A stretch of 64,000 nucleotides of DNA from Candidatus Poribacteria bacterium (GCA_965242965.1 OZ251518.1:2368001-2432000), one strand, 5' to 3'; shown: positions 1-9,572, counted from the first letter of the stretch. The notes: a model not told the origin generated them from the letters alone. Program-made: numbers and translations.

Positions 1-133
1 ATCGGCGTGTAATATGTGCATCGGTGAGCCCGGCGACATTTTGCGCAATTGGGTTCATTCCTCGGAAATCGTATAAGAGCCATGCTTCAAGTTTTAATTC
101 GGTGAGTGCGGTTTGGATTTCGGTTATTTTCAT
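1..133 (-). CDS. M24 family metallopeptidase (Xaa-Pro aminopeptidase-like), N-terminus only; runs off the window edge
   Basis: Manual translation from ATG at 133: MKITEIQTALTELKLEAWLLYDFRGMNPIAQNVAGLTDAHITRR, which matches the WLxYDFRGxNP...HxTRR N-terminus of this family. Confidence 0.7.
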   Translation of the reverse strand, partial: MKITEIQTALTELKLEAWLLYDFRGMNPIAQNVAGLTDAHITRR

Positions 134-339
134 GATGCTATCCTTGATTTTTGCCGAAAAACGGGTTTATGTCGGTATCCACAAAAACCAACGCTCCTGC
201 TCCTCTGCCCTACGGTTCAATTGCAGAAATTTGAAACGTTGCAATTGATGCCTTTCCACATACGGGATACGCCATGTAAGAACGACTTACGTGGTTGGCT
301 AAAACCCAGTCCGCTGGATTAGAACCGGTTGTAACCTCT

Positions 340-1056
340 TCACTTAAATTGAGTTAGCAACTTTCCTAGTTCGCGGAGAGAATTGTTCCGGCGTAAGGTT
401 TCCCGATCGATAACTACATATTCAGCTATGTCGGGGGCCATCGTTTCGCGATACCGCTGCCGCCTAAGGTTCCTCTGGGGCATGTTTGGATTGAGTCTCC
501 GTAGAATTTTCGCAGAAAACTCCACCAAATATTCCTTGGCACCTCTGCCGCCTATTTCCGTTTCAACGATCTTCTCCGTATTGCCACTCTGACGACTTGC
601 AATCCATCGTGCCAAAGTCCGGTCTGCCGAGACTGTATTCCGACAATTTTCCCGATACTGTGCGCGTTTGCGGGCGAAATAACAGAAAATCCCCAGACAA
701 TCAATTAGCAACCATGCTTCAAGTTCCTGAACGGCCTCCGCAAGGAAGACTCTGCCAGCAAAACGACGATTGTTGACAATTCTGGTAACCTGATTGATAA
801 GCGAATTTGGTTCTTGCCGTCGTTGATGTATGGACATTGGGCCATCGCGATCAATGACGAAGATAACACAGACATCCTCTCTGAGATGATTCTGAACTGC
901 CCTCGTCAGCGTATCCCTCTTCGGTATGTCACCTTTGCCAGAGGTTTGGATAGACAGATTCCCGAGATGCAAATGTGTCGCCAATTTACTTGCCAAACAT
1001 TCAACAACTTTAGCATCATAGTCTGATTCCAAAGTCCAGATTCTTATGCTTGGCAT
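340..1056 (-). CDS. DUF4276/RloB-like TOPRIM-type partner of an ABC ATPase
   Basis: N-terminal ESDYD, IFVIDRD and VQELEAWLL motifs; overlaps the ATPase stop codon. Confidence 0.6.
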   Translation of the reverse strand: MPSIRIWTLESDYDAKVVECLASKLATHLHLGNLSIQTSGKGDIPKRDTLTRAVQNHLREDVCVIFVIDRDGPMSIHQRRQEPNSLINQVTRIVNNRRFAGRVFLAEAVQELEAWLLIDCLGIFCYFARKRAQYRENCRNTVSADRTLARWIASRQSGNTEKIVETEIGGRGAKEYLVEFSAKILRRLNPNMPQRNLRRQRYRETMAPDIAEYVVIDRETLRRNNSLRELGKLLTQFK

Positions 1057-2255
1057 GCTAATTTCCCCATCAACTCTTTTAGAAGCGAACTGTGGAAAAT
1101 GGCACTGCCGATGCCGAAATCCACAATCCAGCCATCCAAAGAGGCTCGTTTGTGACGAATGTCCTCGAGATTGACAACTTCTGTGCCTCGTCCCGGCTGG
1201 TTACGTAGAAGCAAAACACCGAGCCAATCCGATAAACTCTCATCCCTAAAGGTATCTAGAAGCTGAGAACTATGGGTTGTGATAATCACCTGGGTGCGTT
1301 CGGCAATTTGCTCAAGCACCTGCGCGATATCCAACAGCGCGCCGGGGTGCAGATTCCGCTCCGGTTCCTCAATGGCGATGAGCGGCGGCAATTTCGGTTG
1401 GTTGAGCAAGACATAATACGCAACGAGACGCAGCGTTCCATCAGACGCGCTCGCCAAAGGTATAGGTCTTTCGTGCCCTTCCCAAAGACAGAGTTGGTTC
1501 TCTCCATCAATTTCACAAAGATCTATGCTGATATTCGTACTCGCCGCGAGGGAATCACTAACGTCGCAAAACCGCTCTCGTGCATTCTTATACCAGTACG
1601 AGAGTAACATAGATAATGTAGAACCATGAATATTAAGTTGTGGAAATTCGCGCAACTCGTCGGATTTATCCGACAAGGCTTTCCCGACTCTAAGAAACGG
1701 AGAGCTCATGAGCTCGTCATCGTCGCGCATGAGATTTGGTTGAAAGTCGTAAAAATTCCACCCCTTAATGAATTCTGTCAAGACATTTGTAGCGGGTTTG
1801 TCGCCGTAATCGCCGGCTGACCTCAAAGCGAGTTTATCGGACTTGTATCTTGTTTGGTTTTCGCCGTTTTCATCCCAAACATGACCTTGGCCGTTCTGAA
1901 TTGATATAACCTTTTCACCGTTAACCAATAATTCCTCGGTAGCAAAAGGACTATCAGTTTCCGTGTTAAGCACCAATTGGTACTCAGCAGGCGTTTTGTC
2001 CACTTCGGACTGCAATCGGAAAGTGATACGGCTCGCATCCCCTGCCCACAGAGAATTTTGGATTAATTCAACTGGGGGAGGTGCTTCAATACGCATCATC
2101 ATGTTAAAAAGGCTCAAAGCATTCAAAACATTCGACTTCCCACTCGCATTGGGACCGACCAGCACCGTCAACGGCTTTAGTGGAAGTTCCACATCACGCA
2201 AACTCAGGAAGTTCTTGATGTGAACCTTCTCTAAAAATACGTTGCCATCAAACAT
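1044..2255 (-). CDS. AAA_21/AbiEii-type ABC ATPase
   Basis: IKNFLSL, Walker A GPNASGKS, signature SDGTLRL, Walker B IEEPERNLHP, H-loop ITTHS. Confidence 0.85.
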   Translation of the reverse strand: MFDGNVFLEKVHIKNFLSLRDVELPLKPLTVLVGPNASGKSNVLNALSLFNMMMRIEAPPPVELIQNSLWAGDASRITFRLQSEVDKTPAEYQLVLNTETDSPFATEELLVNGEKVISIQNGQGHVWDENGENQTRYKSDKLALRSAGDYGDKPATNVLTEFIKGWNFYDFQPNLMRDDDELMSSPFLRVGKALSDKSDELREFPQLNIHGSTLSMLLSYWYKNARERFCDVSDSLAASTNISIDLCEIDGENQLCLWEGHERPIPLASASDGTLRLVAYYVLLNQPKLPPLIAIEEPERNLHPGALLDIAQVLEQIAERTQVIITTHSSQLLDTFRDESLSDWLGVLLLRNQPGRGTEVVNLEDIRHKRASLDGWIVDFGIGSAIFHSSLLKELMGKLACQA

Positions 2256-2285
2256 GGATGTTTACCTCTGATTATTTGTGTTAAA

Positions 2286-2385
2286 TCTTAAGACGCTAAC
2301 ATTTTAGCATAAATCCGATTGTTATGCAAAAGAATTTCGGTGCGAAGTGCAATTGCTCTATCAACGGATAGGGAGTTCGCAGACC
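2286..2385 (-). promoter_or_regulatory. ~100 bp direct repeat, copy 1, containing a sigma70 promoter for the ATPase operon
   Basis: Minus strand TTGCAT(2329-2324)-17 nt-TAAAAT(2306-2301) with extended -10 TG; nearly identical copy at 3184-3284. Confidence 0.7.
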
Positions 2386-2391
2386 TTGCTA

Positions 2392-2535
2392 TCAACATAG
2401 GAATTCATCTGAAAATCTCGTTGGGAGTTCGGAAATTGAAATGTTAAGCGACTCCTGGTTAAAAACTTGAAACAGCAACGGCAAACGCTGAATTTTGGCG
2501 AAGATCGAGAGCACGTCGGTATCTACAAAAACCAA
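2392..2535 (-). pseudogene. Truncated PIN-domain (DUF3368-like) toxin
   Basis: TTG-start LVFVDTDVLSIFAKIQRLPLLFQVF... directly after the UPF0175 gene; stops after 47 codons. Confidence 0.6.
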
Positions 2536-2537
2536 GG

Positions 2538-3020
2538 CTACTGTCCCTCCGTTCTTGCATTGGATTTGCGCAGACGTTTAATGAGCTCAACCCCTGCTTT
2601 CAATTCTTCTGCCGGACGCACTTCAACGATTTTCCAGAGGCCCCTTTCCGCGAAAACCTCGTCTAACTCAAACCGGTGGATGCCCGCAAGATCAGCGGCC
2701 CTTCCGAACGTCACCGCACCTTCTTGATAGAAAAGGATAGCGGCATCGAGTCGCGACGCATTGTCAAGAGACTGACGCAGCAGCTCGTGCTCCATTTCCG
2801 GTTCATTTTTAACAGCAGCGAGCACAGCCTCAAAAGCCTTTTTGACTTCGGCCGTTAGCGTATCCGGAACGGTTTTATCTGACAGCACGGGGGCACACTC
2901 GGGTTCGGATTCTGCGTGTTCTATCAGGGATTCACGCAGCCGCTTACGTTCCTCTTCAGACAGTTTTTGAATCAGCGGCAACAGTTTGTCAAGTGTTACC
3001 GGTTCAGAAATTTGAATCAT
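2538..3020 (-). CDS. UPF0175-family antitoxin-like HTH protein
   Basis: AAILFYQEGAVTFGRAADLAGIHRFELDEVFAERG motif. Confidence 0.75.
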   Translation of the reverse strand: MIQISEPVTLDKLLPLIQKLSEEERKRLRESLIEHAESEPECAPVLSDKTVPDTLTAEVKKAFEAVLAAVKNEPEMEHELLRQSLDNASRLDAAILFYQEGAVTFGRAADLAGIHRFELDEVFAERGLWKIVEVRPAEELKAGVELIKRLRKSNARTEGQ

Positions 3021-3183
3021 TGTAATAGACTCCTTTCAGAACAACGCAAATGAGCACGGCACATCAGCGATGATGACACTCCATGTCAGGAGGTTAATCA
3101 ACTACGCGCAAAATCTGCAATCCGCCCATCAAACACAGACGCGGAAGCACAACCTGTGCAGACTCAGAATCACCGTTGCTAAG

Positions 3184-3284
3184 TCTTAAAACACTAACAT
3201 TTTAGCATAAATCCGATTTTTATGCAAAAGACATTTCGGCGCGAAGTGCAATTGCTCTATCAACGGATGGGGAGTTCGCTGACC
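3184..3284 (-). promoter_or_regulatory. ~100 bp direct repeat, copy 2, containing a sigma70 promoter for the UPF0175 gene
   Basis: Minus strand TTGCAT(3227-3222)-17 nt-TAAAAT(3204-3199). Confidence 0.7.
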
Positions 3285-3309
3285 CCTTTTCCGGTTTGAG
3301 CCTTTCAGT

Positions 3310-3372
3310 CTCAATATCCAATTCCGACACGTCAACTTCACCAGATATGAGTTTCGGAAGCAGGAATTCGCG
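3310..3372 (-). pseudogene. hsdS: C-terminal remnant of a type I R-M specificity subunit
   Basis: REFLLPKLISGEVDVSELDIE is the typical HsdS C-terminus; no upstream body is present. Confidence 0.6.
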
Positions 3373-3767
3373 GGGTTCACAGCACGCCATCCGTCGCACA
3401 GGCCGCCGCACGCGCCTTATCGCGATACCCGCTGTCCGCAAGGATGCACCGCACCCCGTTTTTCACGAGACAGGGGCACTGCGTGTCCAACGCCTTGCCT
3501 CGTTGACAGTCACCGGCAACACGTCAAATCTCAAAGACGAGCAGGGAGACACGGTATAGCACCGCTGTCTGCCGCGCCGGCGAGGTGAGTTCTGGGTGGC
3601 AAAAAAATCTGCTAGCAAAGAAAAAAGCAATGTGATATACTGATGCATGTCAGGAGACTTCATGGGGTGTCTCATAGAATGGATTTGTTCTTCATGCTAG
3701 GATACCCCATCTCCTGACATTTTACAACCATTTATGAAACACCCTCGATTAATTAGGTATTTGCAAC

Positions 3768-5693
3768 TTGATAAAAAACTCTTCAGACACATCAGCACGC
3801 ATCACGGGCCGCTCGCTCATCTTGGGCGTTTTGTTCATCCCTGTCAATGTCTATTGGATGACACTGGTTGAGGTGAAATACTACTCGCTTGACGGTTCGT
3901 GCCTGCCGCTTTTTATCCAACCGGTTTTTATCCTGTTCGTCTGTGTTGTCTTCAACTGCGTGCTGAAACGCCTCGCGCCGCGGGCGATGCTCCAGCAAGG
4001 CGAATTGTTGGGCATCTACATCATGGTAGCGATTTCGTGCACGTTCGCCGGGCACGATACGATGCAAAATATGTTCGGCAGCATCGCACACCCGTTTCGG
4101 TTTGCCACGGACGAGAACGAATGGCAGACGCTGTTTTTCCGTTACCTTCCGAGTTGGCTCACCGTCAGCGATGCGCAAAGTTTGCAAGGGTTTTATGAAG
4201 GCGAGGCTTCTTTCTATACACGGCATAACTTTTTGACATGGGTGAAACCGATCGCGTTCTGGGGACTCTTTTTCCTGATTATGATGTTCATGATGCTATG
4301 CATCAATACGCTTGTGCGGAAGCGGTGGACAGAACAAGAGAAACTGGCGTATCCGATTATCCAACTCCCGCTCGGGCTGGCGGAAAATGGCGGTATCACG
4401 CTGCTAAAAAATCGGATGATGTGGATAGGGTTCAGCATCGCGTTTGTGATTGGTGTGGTTAACGGGATTCACTATCTGTTTCCGCAGTTTCCGGAGATTC
4501 CGTATATCAAACGCACCGCTGTTTTCCAAAACATCTTCACCGACAGGCCGTGGAACGTGATTCGCGGCACCCGCATTTCGGTTTATCCATTTGCGGTAGG
4601 GTTAGCATTTTTTCTTCCCTTGGATCTTTCGTTTTCGTGCTGGTTCTTTTTCGTTGTGCGGTTGGCGGAATTTGTCATCGGCGCGGCACTCGGCACGCGG
4701 TATTTTCCATCGCTCAATGAACAAGCGTATGGCGCGTGGATTGCGCTGTTCGTGCTGGCAGTGTGGGTAACGCGCCGCCACTTGATAGAGGTAATGAAAA
4801 AGGCGTTCGGCTTCCGGTCTTCTTTAGACGATTCCGATGAACCGATGCCATATCGCGCCGCACTGCTCGGCATTGTCGGTTCCCTCATTGCACTCGGCAT
4901 TTTTTGCTCCATGGCCGGGATGGCGTTATGGGTGGCGGGGCTCTTCTTCGGTATTTATTTCCTACTTTCCTTCGCGATTACGCGGGTGCGCGCGGAGCTC
5001 GGGACCCCGCACGAAATCTACTACGTCAATCCGCACGACATGCTGGCTACCGTTGGCGGCACTCGGCAATTTGACACCAGTAGTCTCACGCTCATGTCGC
5101 TGTTTTACTGGTTCAATAGGGGGTATCGCAATCATCCGATGCCGAATCAAATTGAGGCATTTAAAATCGCCGAATCGACAGGAATGGGCAATCGGCGGCT
5201 GTGGGTAGCGATGCTGATTGCCATTATTGTCGGCATTCTCGCGACGTTCTGGGCGAATCTGGATGTCACCTTCCGGAACGGCGCGATTGCGAAGGCAGGC
5301 GGCTTCAAAGGCTGGGTAGGCCGTGAATCGTTCAGCCGACTCCAACGCTGGCTGCACAACCCCGCAGAACCAAACTGGACAGGGGTTGGGTTCATGGGGA
5401 TCGGCGGCTTGCTGACGTTCCTGATGATGTATATGCGGATGCATTTCCTGTGGTGGCCGTTTCATCCCGCCGGCTACGCGCTAGCGATTAGTTTTGCAAT
5501 GGACTATTTCTGGTTCGCGTTCTTCGTCGCCTGGTTCCTGAAACTCATGATTCTGCGCCACGGCGGACTGAAGTTGCATCGCCGCGTTGCACCCCTGTTT
5601 TTAGGGCTGATTTTGGGGGATTATGTCATCGGCAGTATATGGGCGATTATCGGACCGGTGTCCGGTTTGCGCACCTATAAGATTTTTATCTGA
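3768..5693 (+). CDS. DUF6785/DUF6784 multi-TM putative peptide transporter
   Basis: Many TM helices; W..QEKLAYPI.QLP, RVRAELG and WWPFHPAGY motifs; paralog at 24406-26382. Confidence 0.7.
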   Translation: MIKNSSDTSARITGRSLILGVLFIPVNVYWMTLVEVKYYSLDGSCLPLFIQPVFILFVCVVFNCVLKRLAPRAMLQQGELLGIYIMVAISCTFAGHDTMQNMFGSIAHPFRFATDENEWQTLFFRYLPSWLTVSDAQSLQGFYEGEASFYTRHNFLTWVKPIAFWGLFFLIMMFMMLCINTLVRKRWTEQEKLAYPIIQLPLGLAENGGITLLKNRMMWIGFSIAFVIGVVNGIHYLFPQFPEIPYIKRTAVFQNIFTDRPWNVIRGTRISVYPFAVGLAFFLPLDLSFSCWFFFVVRLAEFVIGAALGTRYFPSLNEQAYGAWIALFVLAVWVTRRHLIEVMKKAFGFRSSLDDSDEPMPYRAALLGIVGSLIALGIFCSMAGMALWVAGLFFGIYFLLSFAITRVRAELGTPHEIYYVNPHDMLATVGGTRQFDTSSLTLMSLFYWFNRGYRNHPMPNQIEAFKIAESTGMGNRRLWVAMLIAIIVGILATFWANLDVTFRNGAIAKAGGFKGWVGRESFSRLQRWLHNPAEPNWTGVGFMGIGGLLTFLMMYMRMHFLWWPFHPAGYALAISFAMDYFWFAFFVAWFLKLMILRHGGLKLHRRVAPLFLGLILGDYVIGSIWAIIGPVSGLRTYKIFI

Positions 5694-6397
5694 TGAAAAG
5701 CCAACTGCGAGACTACCCCCTCGCGAACGTTCGCATTTCGCTAGGCGACAGGGAGCTCCCACTCACAATTATCGAAGAACCTGACTGGTTCCTCGAACGG
5801 CTCAGCCGAGAGGATAACGAAGGCAGACTCTATCTCCCCTATTGGACTTACCTCTGGGAGGCTTCCATCGGTTTGGCGCGCTATATTGAGAAATCCGGCG
5901 AAACGCTTACCGGGCAGCGCGCCCTAGAAATCGGGTGTGGCTTTGGGCTCACCGGCATTGTCGCTTGTCAAAATGGCGCGGAAGTCGTCTTCACGGACGC
6001 GGAACAGGAAGCACTCCGATTTGCCCGATACAACGCGTTGCAAAACGGCGTTGCAGAACGCGCCGCTTTCGTCCAAATGGATTGGAACTTTCCCTGTCTC
6101 CGTGGGCAATATCCTTACATCCTCGCTTCCGATGTCATATATGAAGAACACCATTGGCAACCGATTGTGAAGTTACTCCAAGAACACCTCGCGCCAGAGG
6201 GTATTGCGCTTTTCTCTGAGCCGAATCGCACGAATGCTATCAGATTTTTCGATATGGTTTGTGAGAATGGGTTTGTCTATCGAAAATCTGGCTGTCCTGT
6301 CAAAGGTGATGGAAAGAAATCCACCGTGTCTATCTATACGGTGCGGCGCGCGAACGCCGAACGAATTGCAAATCCTACCGATTTGCACAAAAAATAG
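5693..6397 (+). CDS. Class I SAM-dependent methyltransferase (Methyltransf_16-like)
   Basis: PYWTYLWEAS, LEIGCGFGLTG and ILASDVIYE motifs. Confidence 0.85.
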   Translation: MKSQLRDYPLANVRISLGDRELPLTIIEEPDWFLERLSREDNEGRLYLPYWTYLWEASIGLARYIEKSGETLTGQRALEIGCGFGLTGIVACQNGAEVVFTDAEQEALRFARYNALQNGVAERAAFVQMDWNFPCLRGQYPYILASDVIYEEHHWQPIVKLLQEHLAPEGIALFSEPNRTNAIRFFDMVCENGFVYRKSGCPVKGDGKKSTVSIYTVRRANAERIANPTDLHKK

Positions 6398-6518
6398 GAA
6401 ATTTTTGCTGAAAAAGTAGGCAAAATGACGATGCCCGCGGCTTGCCCGCGGGCTTTTCCTTTTAACGGTGCCCTGTGCCGCTTGGCGAAATCCGACCGGG
6501 GTGATTTTGAAACGGCTT

Positions 6519-6584
6519 TGGCATCGTTCTTGCTTATAGTCAATAGAGGATAATGTTTTTGCATAGGTTGGCAAAGAGCTTGCG
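6519..6584 (+). promoter_or_regulatory. Two tandem sigma54 (-24/-12) promoter motifs
   Basis: TGGCAT-CGTTC-TTGCT (6519-6534) and TGGCAA-AGAGC-TTGCG (6569-6584) upstream of the nitrate assimilation cluster. Confidence 0.65.
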
Positions 6585-6701
6585 GCAACCCTGCATGCAA
6601 TAACGGCGCATGCGGGGTTACGTCAAGCGATGTCATTGTGCCAACCCTACATATCAAACGCTTTGTGCCAATACAAAAAAACGATGAAGGAAGTCGCCGC
6701 A

Positions 6702-7292
6702 GTGCCGAGAATTTTAATCATTGATGACAATCCGGAACGGACGCGTCTGTTGAGCCAGATATTGGAAGCCGTTCCTTACGAGGTGCTTGCTCCGTTGCCG
6801 CTAAAGCTGCAGGAAGTTTTGCCCGAGCAGGTAGCGCAGCGGCATCCAGATATTCTTCTGATTGGGGCTGACTTCCCTGGGCAAGCTGTCTTGAAAGGCA
6901 TGGCGTTCCTCAGCGAGAACTACCCGTGTCCGACGGTGATGTTCTCCGAAGATGCGTGCGCCGAGACGATTCAGTCGGCGACGCGCGCGGGGGTGTCCGC
7001 GTATGTTGTCGGAAAACTCACCGAGGCACGGGTACGGACTATTATTGAGGCAGCCGTTGCACGGTTCCGTGAACGCCAAGCATTGCAACGCGAACTTGAG
7101 AAGACGAAGGCGAGCCTCGCCGAACGCAAAATCGTTGAACGCGCGAAAGAAGTTGTCGCACAGCAACGTGGCTGTAGCGAGGCGGAAGCGTATCAGGTTT
7201 TGCGCAAAATGGCGATGAATCGCAGAAAGCGGCTTGCAGAAGTCGCTCAGGATGTGCTGTCTATAACAGAGGTACTGACGAGTAAACGGTAG
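6702..7292 (+). CDS. nasT: ANTAR-domain antiterminator NasT (pseudo-receiver + ANTAR)
   Basis: Receiver-like ILIIDD; ANTAR LAERKIVERAK...AYQVLRKMAMNRR; context next to nitrite/nitrate reductases; start could be GTG 6702 or ATG 6684. Confidence 0.85.
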   Translation: MPRILIIDDNPERTRLLSQILEAVPYEVLAPLPLKLQEVLPEQVAQRHPDILLIGADFPGQAVLKGMAFLSENYPCPTVMFSEDACAETIQSATRAGVSAYVVGKLTEARVRTIIEAAVARFRERQALQRELEKTKASLAERKIVERAKEVVAQQRGCSEAEAYQVLRKMAMNRRKRLAEVAQDVLSITEVLTSKR

Positions 7293-7347
7293 AAGGCGCG
7301 TGTTCAACGACGAATAGGCGCACTACAAAAATTGATAACGAAGGTAT

Positions 7348-7385
7348 CCAAACCAAAGCCGGTTTGGGCAAGGACAAAGGTGTCC
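7348..7385 (+). promoter_or_regulatory. ANTAR-binding dual hexaloop hairpin RNA
   Basis: CCAAACC-AAAGCC-GGTTTGG and GGAC-AAAGGT-GTCC; both loops have A1/G4. Confidence 0.8.
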
Positions 7386-7430
7386 ATTGGGCTGAGCACG
7401 CTGCTCACCGATGGATGCCTATCTTTTTTT
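7378..7430 (+). terminator. Intrinsic terminator (attenuator) overlapping the second ANTAR hairpin
   Basis: AGGTGTCCATTGG...CCGATGGATGCCT stem followed by a T run. Confidence 0.8.
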
Positions 7431-7494
7431 AATTTGCTTAGGAATTTGCTTAAGATTGACAGGGAAGTCCTGCCTAATAGAGGAGATTTCAGCA

Positions 7495-9060
7495 ATGAAC
7501 GAACTGGAAACAAAAAAGCGGCGGCTCAGCGGAAAATCAGGCGGGCGCAAAAAGACACGAGCCCCCAAGATAACCGCCGCAGAGGCACTCAAACGCGAGA
7601 AGAACGGACTCGAAGTGATCGATGACATCCCGAACTACATCCGGAACGGCTGGGAATCAATCCCGCCGGACGAACGCGACCGGCTCAAGTATGTCGGGGT
7701 GTTTTATCGGAAGCAAACACCGGGCGCGTTTATGATGCGGCTCCGCATGTCCTGCGGGTTTAGCAACGCCGAACAATTCCGCGTCATCGCCGACATCAGT
7801 GAGAAATACGGGCCGGGATTCGTAGATCTCACTACGCGGCAGCAGATTCAACTGCGCGGGTTCGCAATCGGGGATGTGCAACATATCTGGAACCGACTGG
7901 AAGAGGTGGGCTTAAACTCGATGCAGACAGGGTTTGACAACATTCGCGGTGTCACGGGATGCCCCGTCGCCGGCCTCACCCCTAATGAGTTGTTCGATGC
8001 CTCGCCTGTAGCGAAGCAGTTCACAGACATGTTTGTCGGGAATAAGGCATACACCGATATCCCGCGCAAATTTAACGTCGGCATCACCGGATGCTTGGAT
8101 AACTGCACGCATGCCGCTTCGCAGGATATCTCACTCACGCCTGCCGTAAAAAGCATTGATGGAGTGGAGACAAAGGGGTTTAACGTCGCTGTCGGCGGCA
8201 AGATGGGCTCCGGCGGCTATACCGTCGCAAAGGAACTTGACGTGTTCGTTACGCCAGAGGAAGCAGCAGAATTGTGCGGACACATTACGCTGGTTTTCCG
8301 GGACCACGGGCCGCGAACCTCCCGCAATAAATCGCGACTCGCTTTTCTCATCGCAGACTGGGGTGTGGAAAAATTTCGGGAAGAGGTAGAACGCCGACAT
8401 TGTAACGGGAAGCCGCTCCTGCAAGCCGGGAAAGATATGCGGAAGAAAAAGAAGACGGACCACGGCGGTATCTACGCGCAAAAACAGCCAGACCTGAACT
8501 ATGTCGGGCTTGTCGTGCCGGTGGGACGCATGACGACAGCGCAACTCGTTGAAACCGCACGCATCGCAGACGCATACGGCAACGGCGATATCCGCCTAAC
8601 ACAGGAACAGAACCTGATTATCCCCAACGTGCCGAGCCTCAAACTGGGGGATTTAACGGCGGAACCACTTCTGCAAGAACTCCGCTATGAGCCTTCGGAG
8701 GTGATGCGCGGCATGGTGAGTTGCACCGGTATTGACTACTGTCACTTCTCTTTGATTGAGACGAAGGAGCGGGCGATGGAGGCGATTCGGCATTTGGAAG
8801 CGAAACTCGGAAATACGAAACCGCTCACTATCGCCTGGTCTGGGTGCCCCAACGGGTGTGGCAATCACGCCGCCGCCGATATCGGGCTCCTCGGCAAGAA
8901 AACCAAAATCAACGGTGTCGTCACCGATGCCGTGGATGTGTTTGTCGGCGGGAAAACGGGACCGAATCCGAAGACTGCCACGAAGTTATTAGAGAACGTG
9001 CCTTGCGATGAATTGCCACAGGTCCTGGAGGGACTTATTCCGTATTTATCACGTCGATAA
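7495..9060 (+). CDS. nirA: Ferredoxin-nitrite reductase
   Basis: TTRQQIQLR, DNIRGVTGCP, PRKFNVGITG, SCTGIDYC and WSGCPNGCG siroheme/4Fe-4S motifs; RBS GAGGAG before ATG 7495. Confidence 0.9.
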   Translation: MNELETKKRRLSGKSGGRKKTRAPKITAAEALKREKNGLEVIDDIPNYIRNGWESIPPDERDRLKYVGVFYRKQTPGAFMMRLRMSCGFSNAEQFRVIADISEKYGPGFVDLTTRQQIQLRGFAIGDVQHIWNRLEEVGLNSMQTGFDNIRGVTGCPVAGLTPNELFDASPVAKQFTDMFVGNKAYTDIPRKFNVGITGCLDNCTHAASQDISLTPAVKSIDGVETKGFNVAVGGKMGSGGYTVAKELDVFVTPEEAAELCGHITLVFRDHGPRTSRNKSRLAFLIADWGVEKFREEVERRHCNGKPLLQAGKDMRKKKKTDHGGIYAQKQPDLNYVGLVVPVGRMTTAQLVETARIADAYGNGDIRLTQEQNLIIPNVPSLKLGDLTAEPLLQELRYEPSEVMRGMVSCTGIDYCHFSLIETKERAMEAIRHLEAKLGNTKPLTIAWSGCPNGCGNHAAADIGLLGKKTKINGVVTDAVDVFVGGKTGPNPKTATKLLENVPCDELPQVLEGLIPYLSRR

Positions 9061-9081
9061 GGAGGAAGAAAGTCCAAAGAC

Positions 9082-9510
9082 TCGTAGCGAGTTTTCGGTG
9101 GACCGGAGCATGGCGAGGGACAGGCCCTCGCCCTACGGAAGGAGAGATTCCAAAGGCCCGTAGCGCGGGGGCCTGTCCCCCGCGATCGCTCGATCACCGG
9201 AGCGGGGGGGCTGTCGCCCGCGATCGTTGCATGGCGAGGGACAGGCCCTCGCCCTACGGTAAAAGGAGCCGTTCTGGATACCGTAGCGCGGGGGCCCTCG
9301 GATGCCATACGCGCATCCGAGCGGGTTTCCCCCGCGATCGTGGCATGGCGAGGGACAGGCCCTCGCCCTACGGTAAAACGAGCCGTTCTGGATACTGTAG
9401 CGCGGGGGCCTGTCCCCCGCGATCGTGGCAGCTTTCCAAAGGCTCGTAGCGCGGGGGCCTGTCCCCCGCGATCTCTCGATCACCGTAGCGCGGGGGCCCT
9501 CGCCCTACGG
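9082..9510. repeat. Cluster of GTAG-type REP-like palindromes (family A)
   Basis: Repeated GTAGCGCGGGGGCCTGTCCCCCGCG and GCGAGGGACAGGCCCTCGCCCTAC units in both orientations. Confidence 0.85.
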
Positions 9511-9572
9511 AAGATGAAGGCGGTTTCGGAAAAAACCGATTTCCGCCATAAAAAATAAAAAGGAAAAAATAA

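Noticed and set aside
2286-3284. Integron attC-type cassette array
   Set aside because: The repeats lack clear RYYYAAC/GTTRRRY-bounded attC palindromes and no integrase is present; better explained as duplicated promoter DNA
7411-7494. Upstream start for nirA
   Set aside because: It lies inside the attenuator; a strong SD precedes ATG 7495
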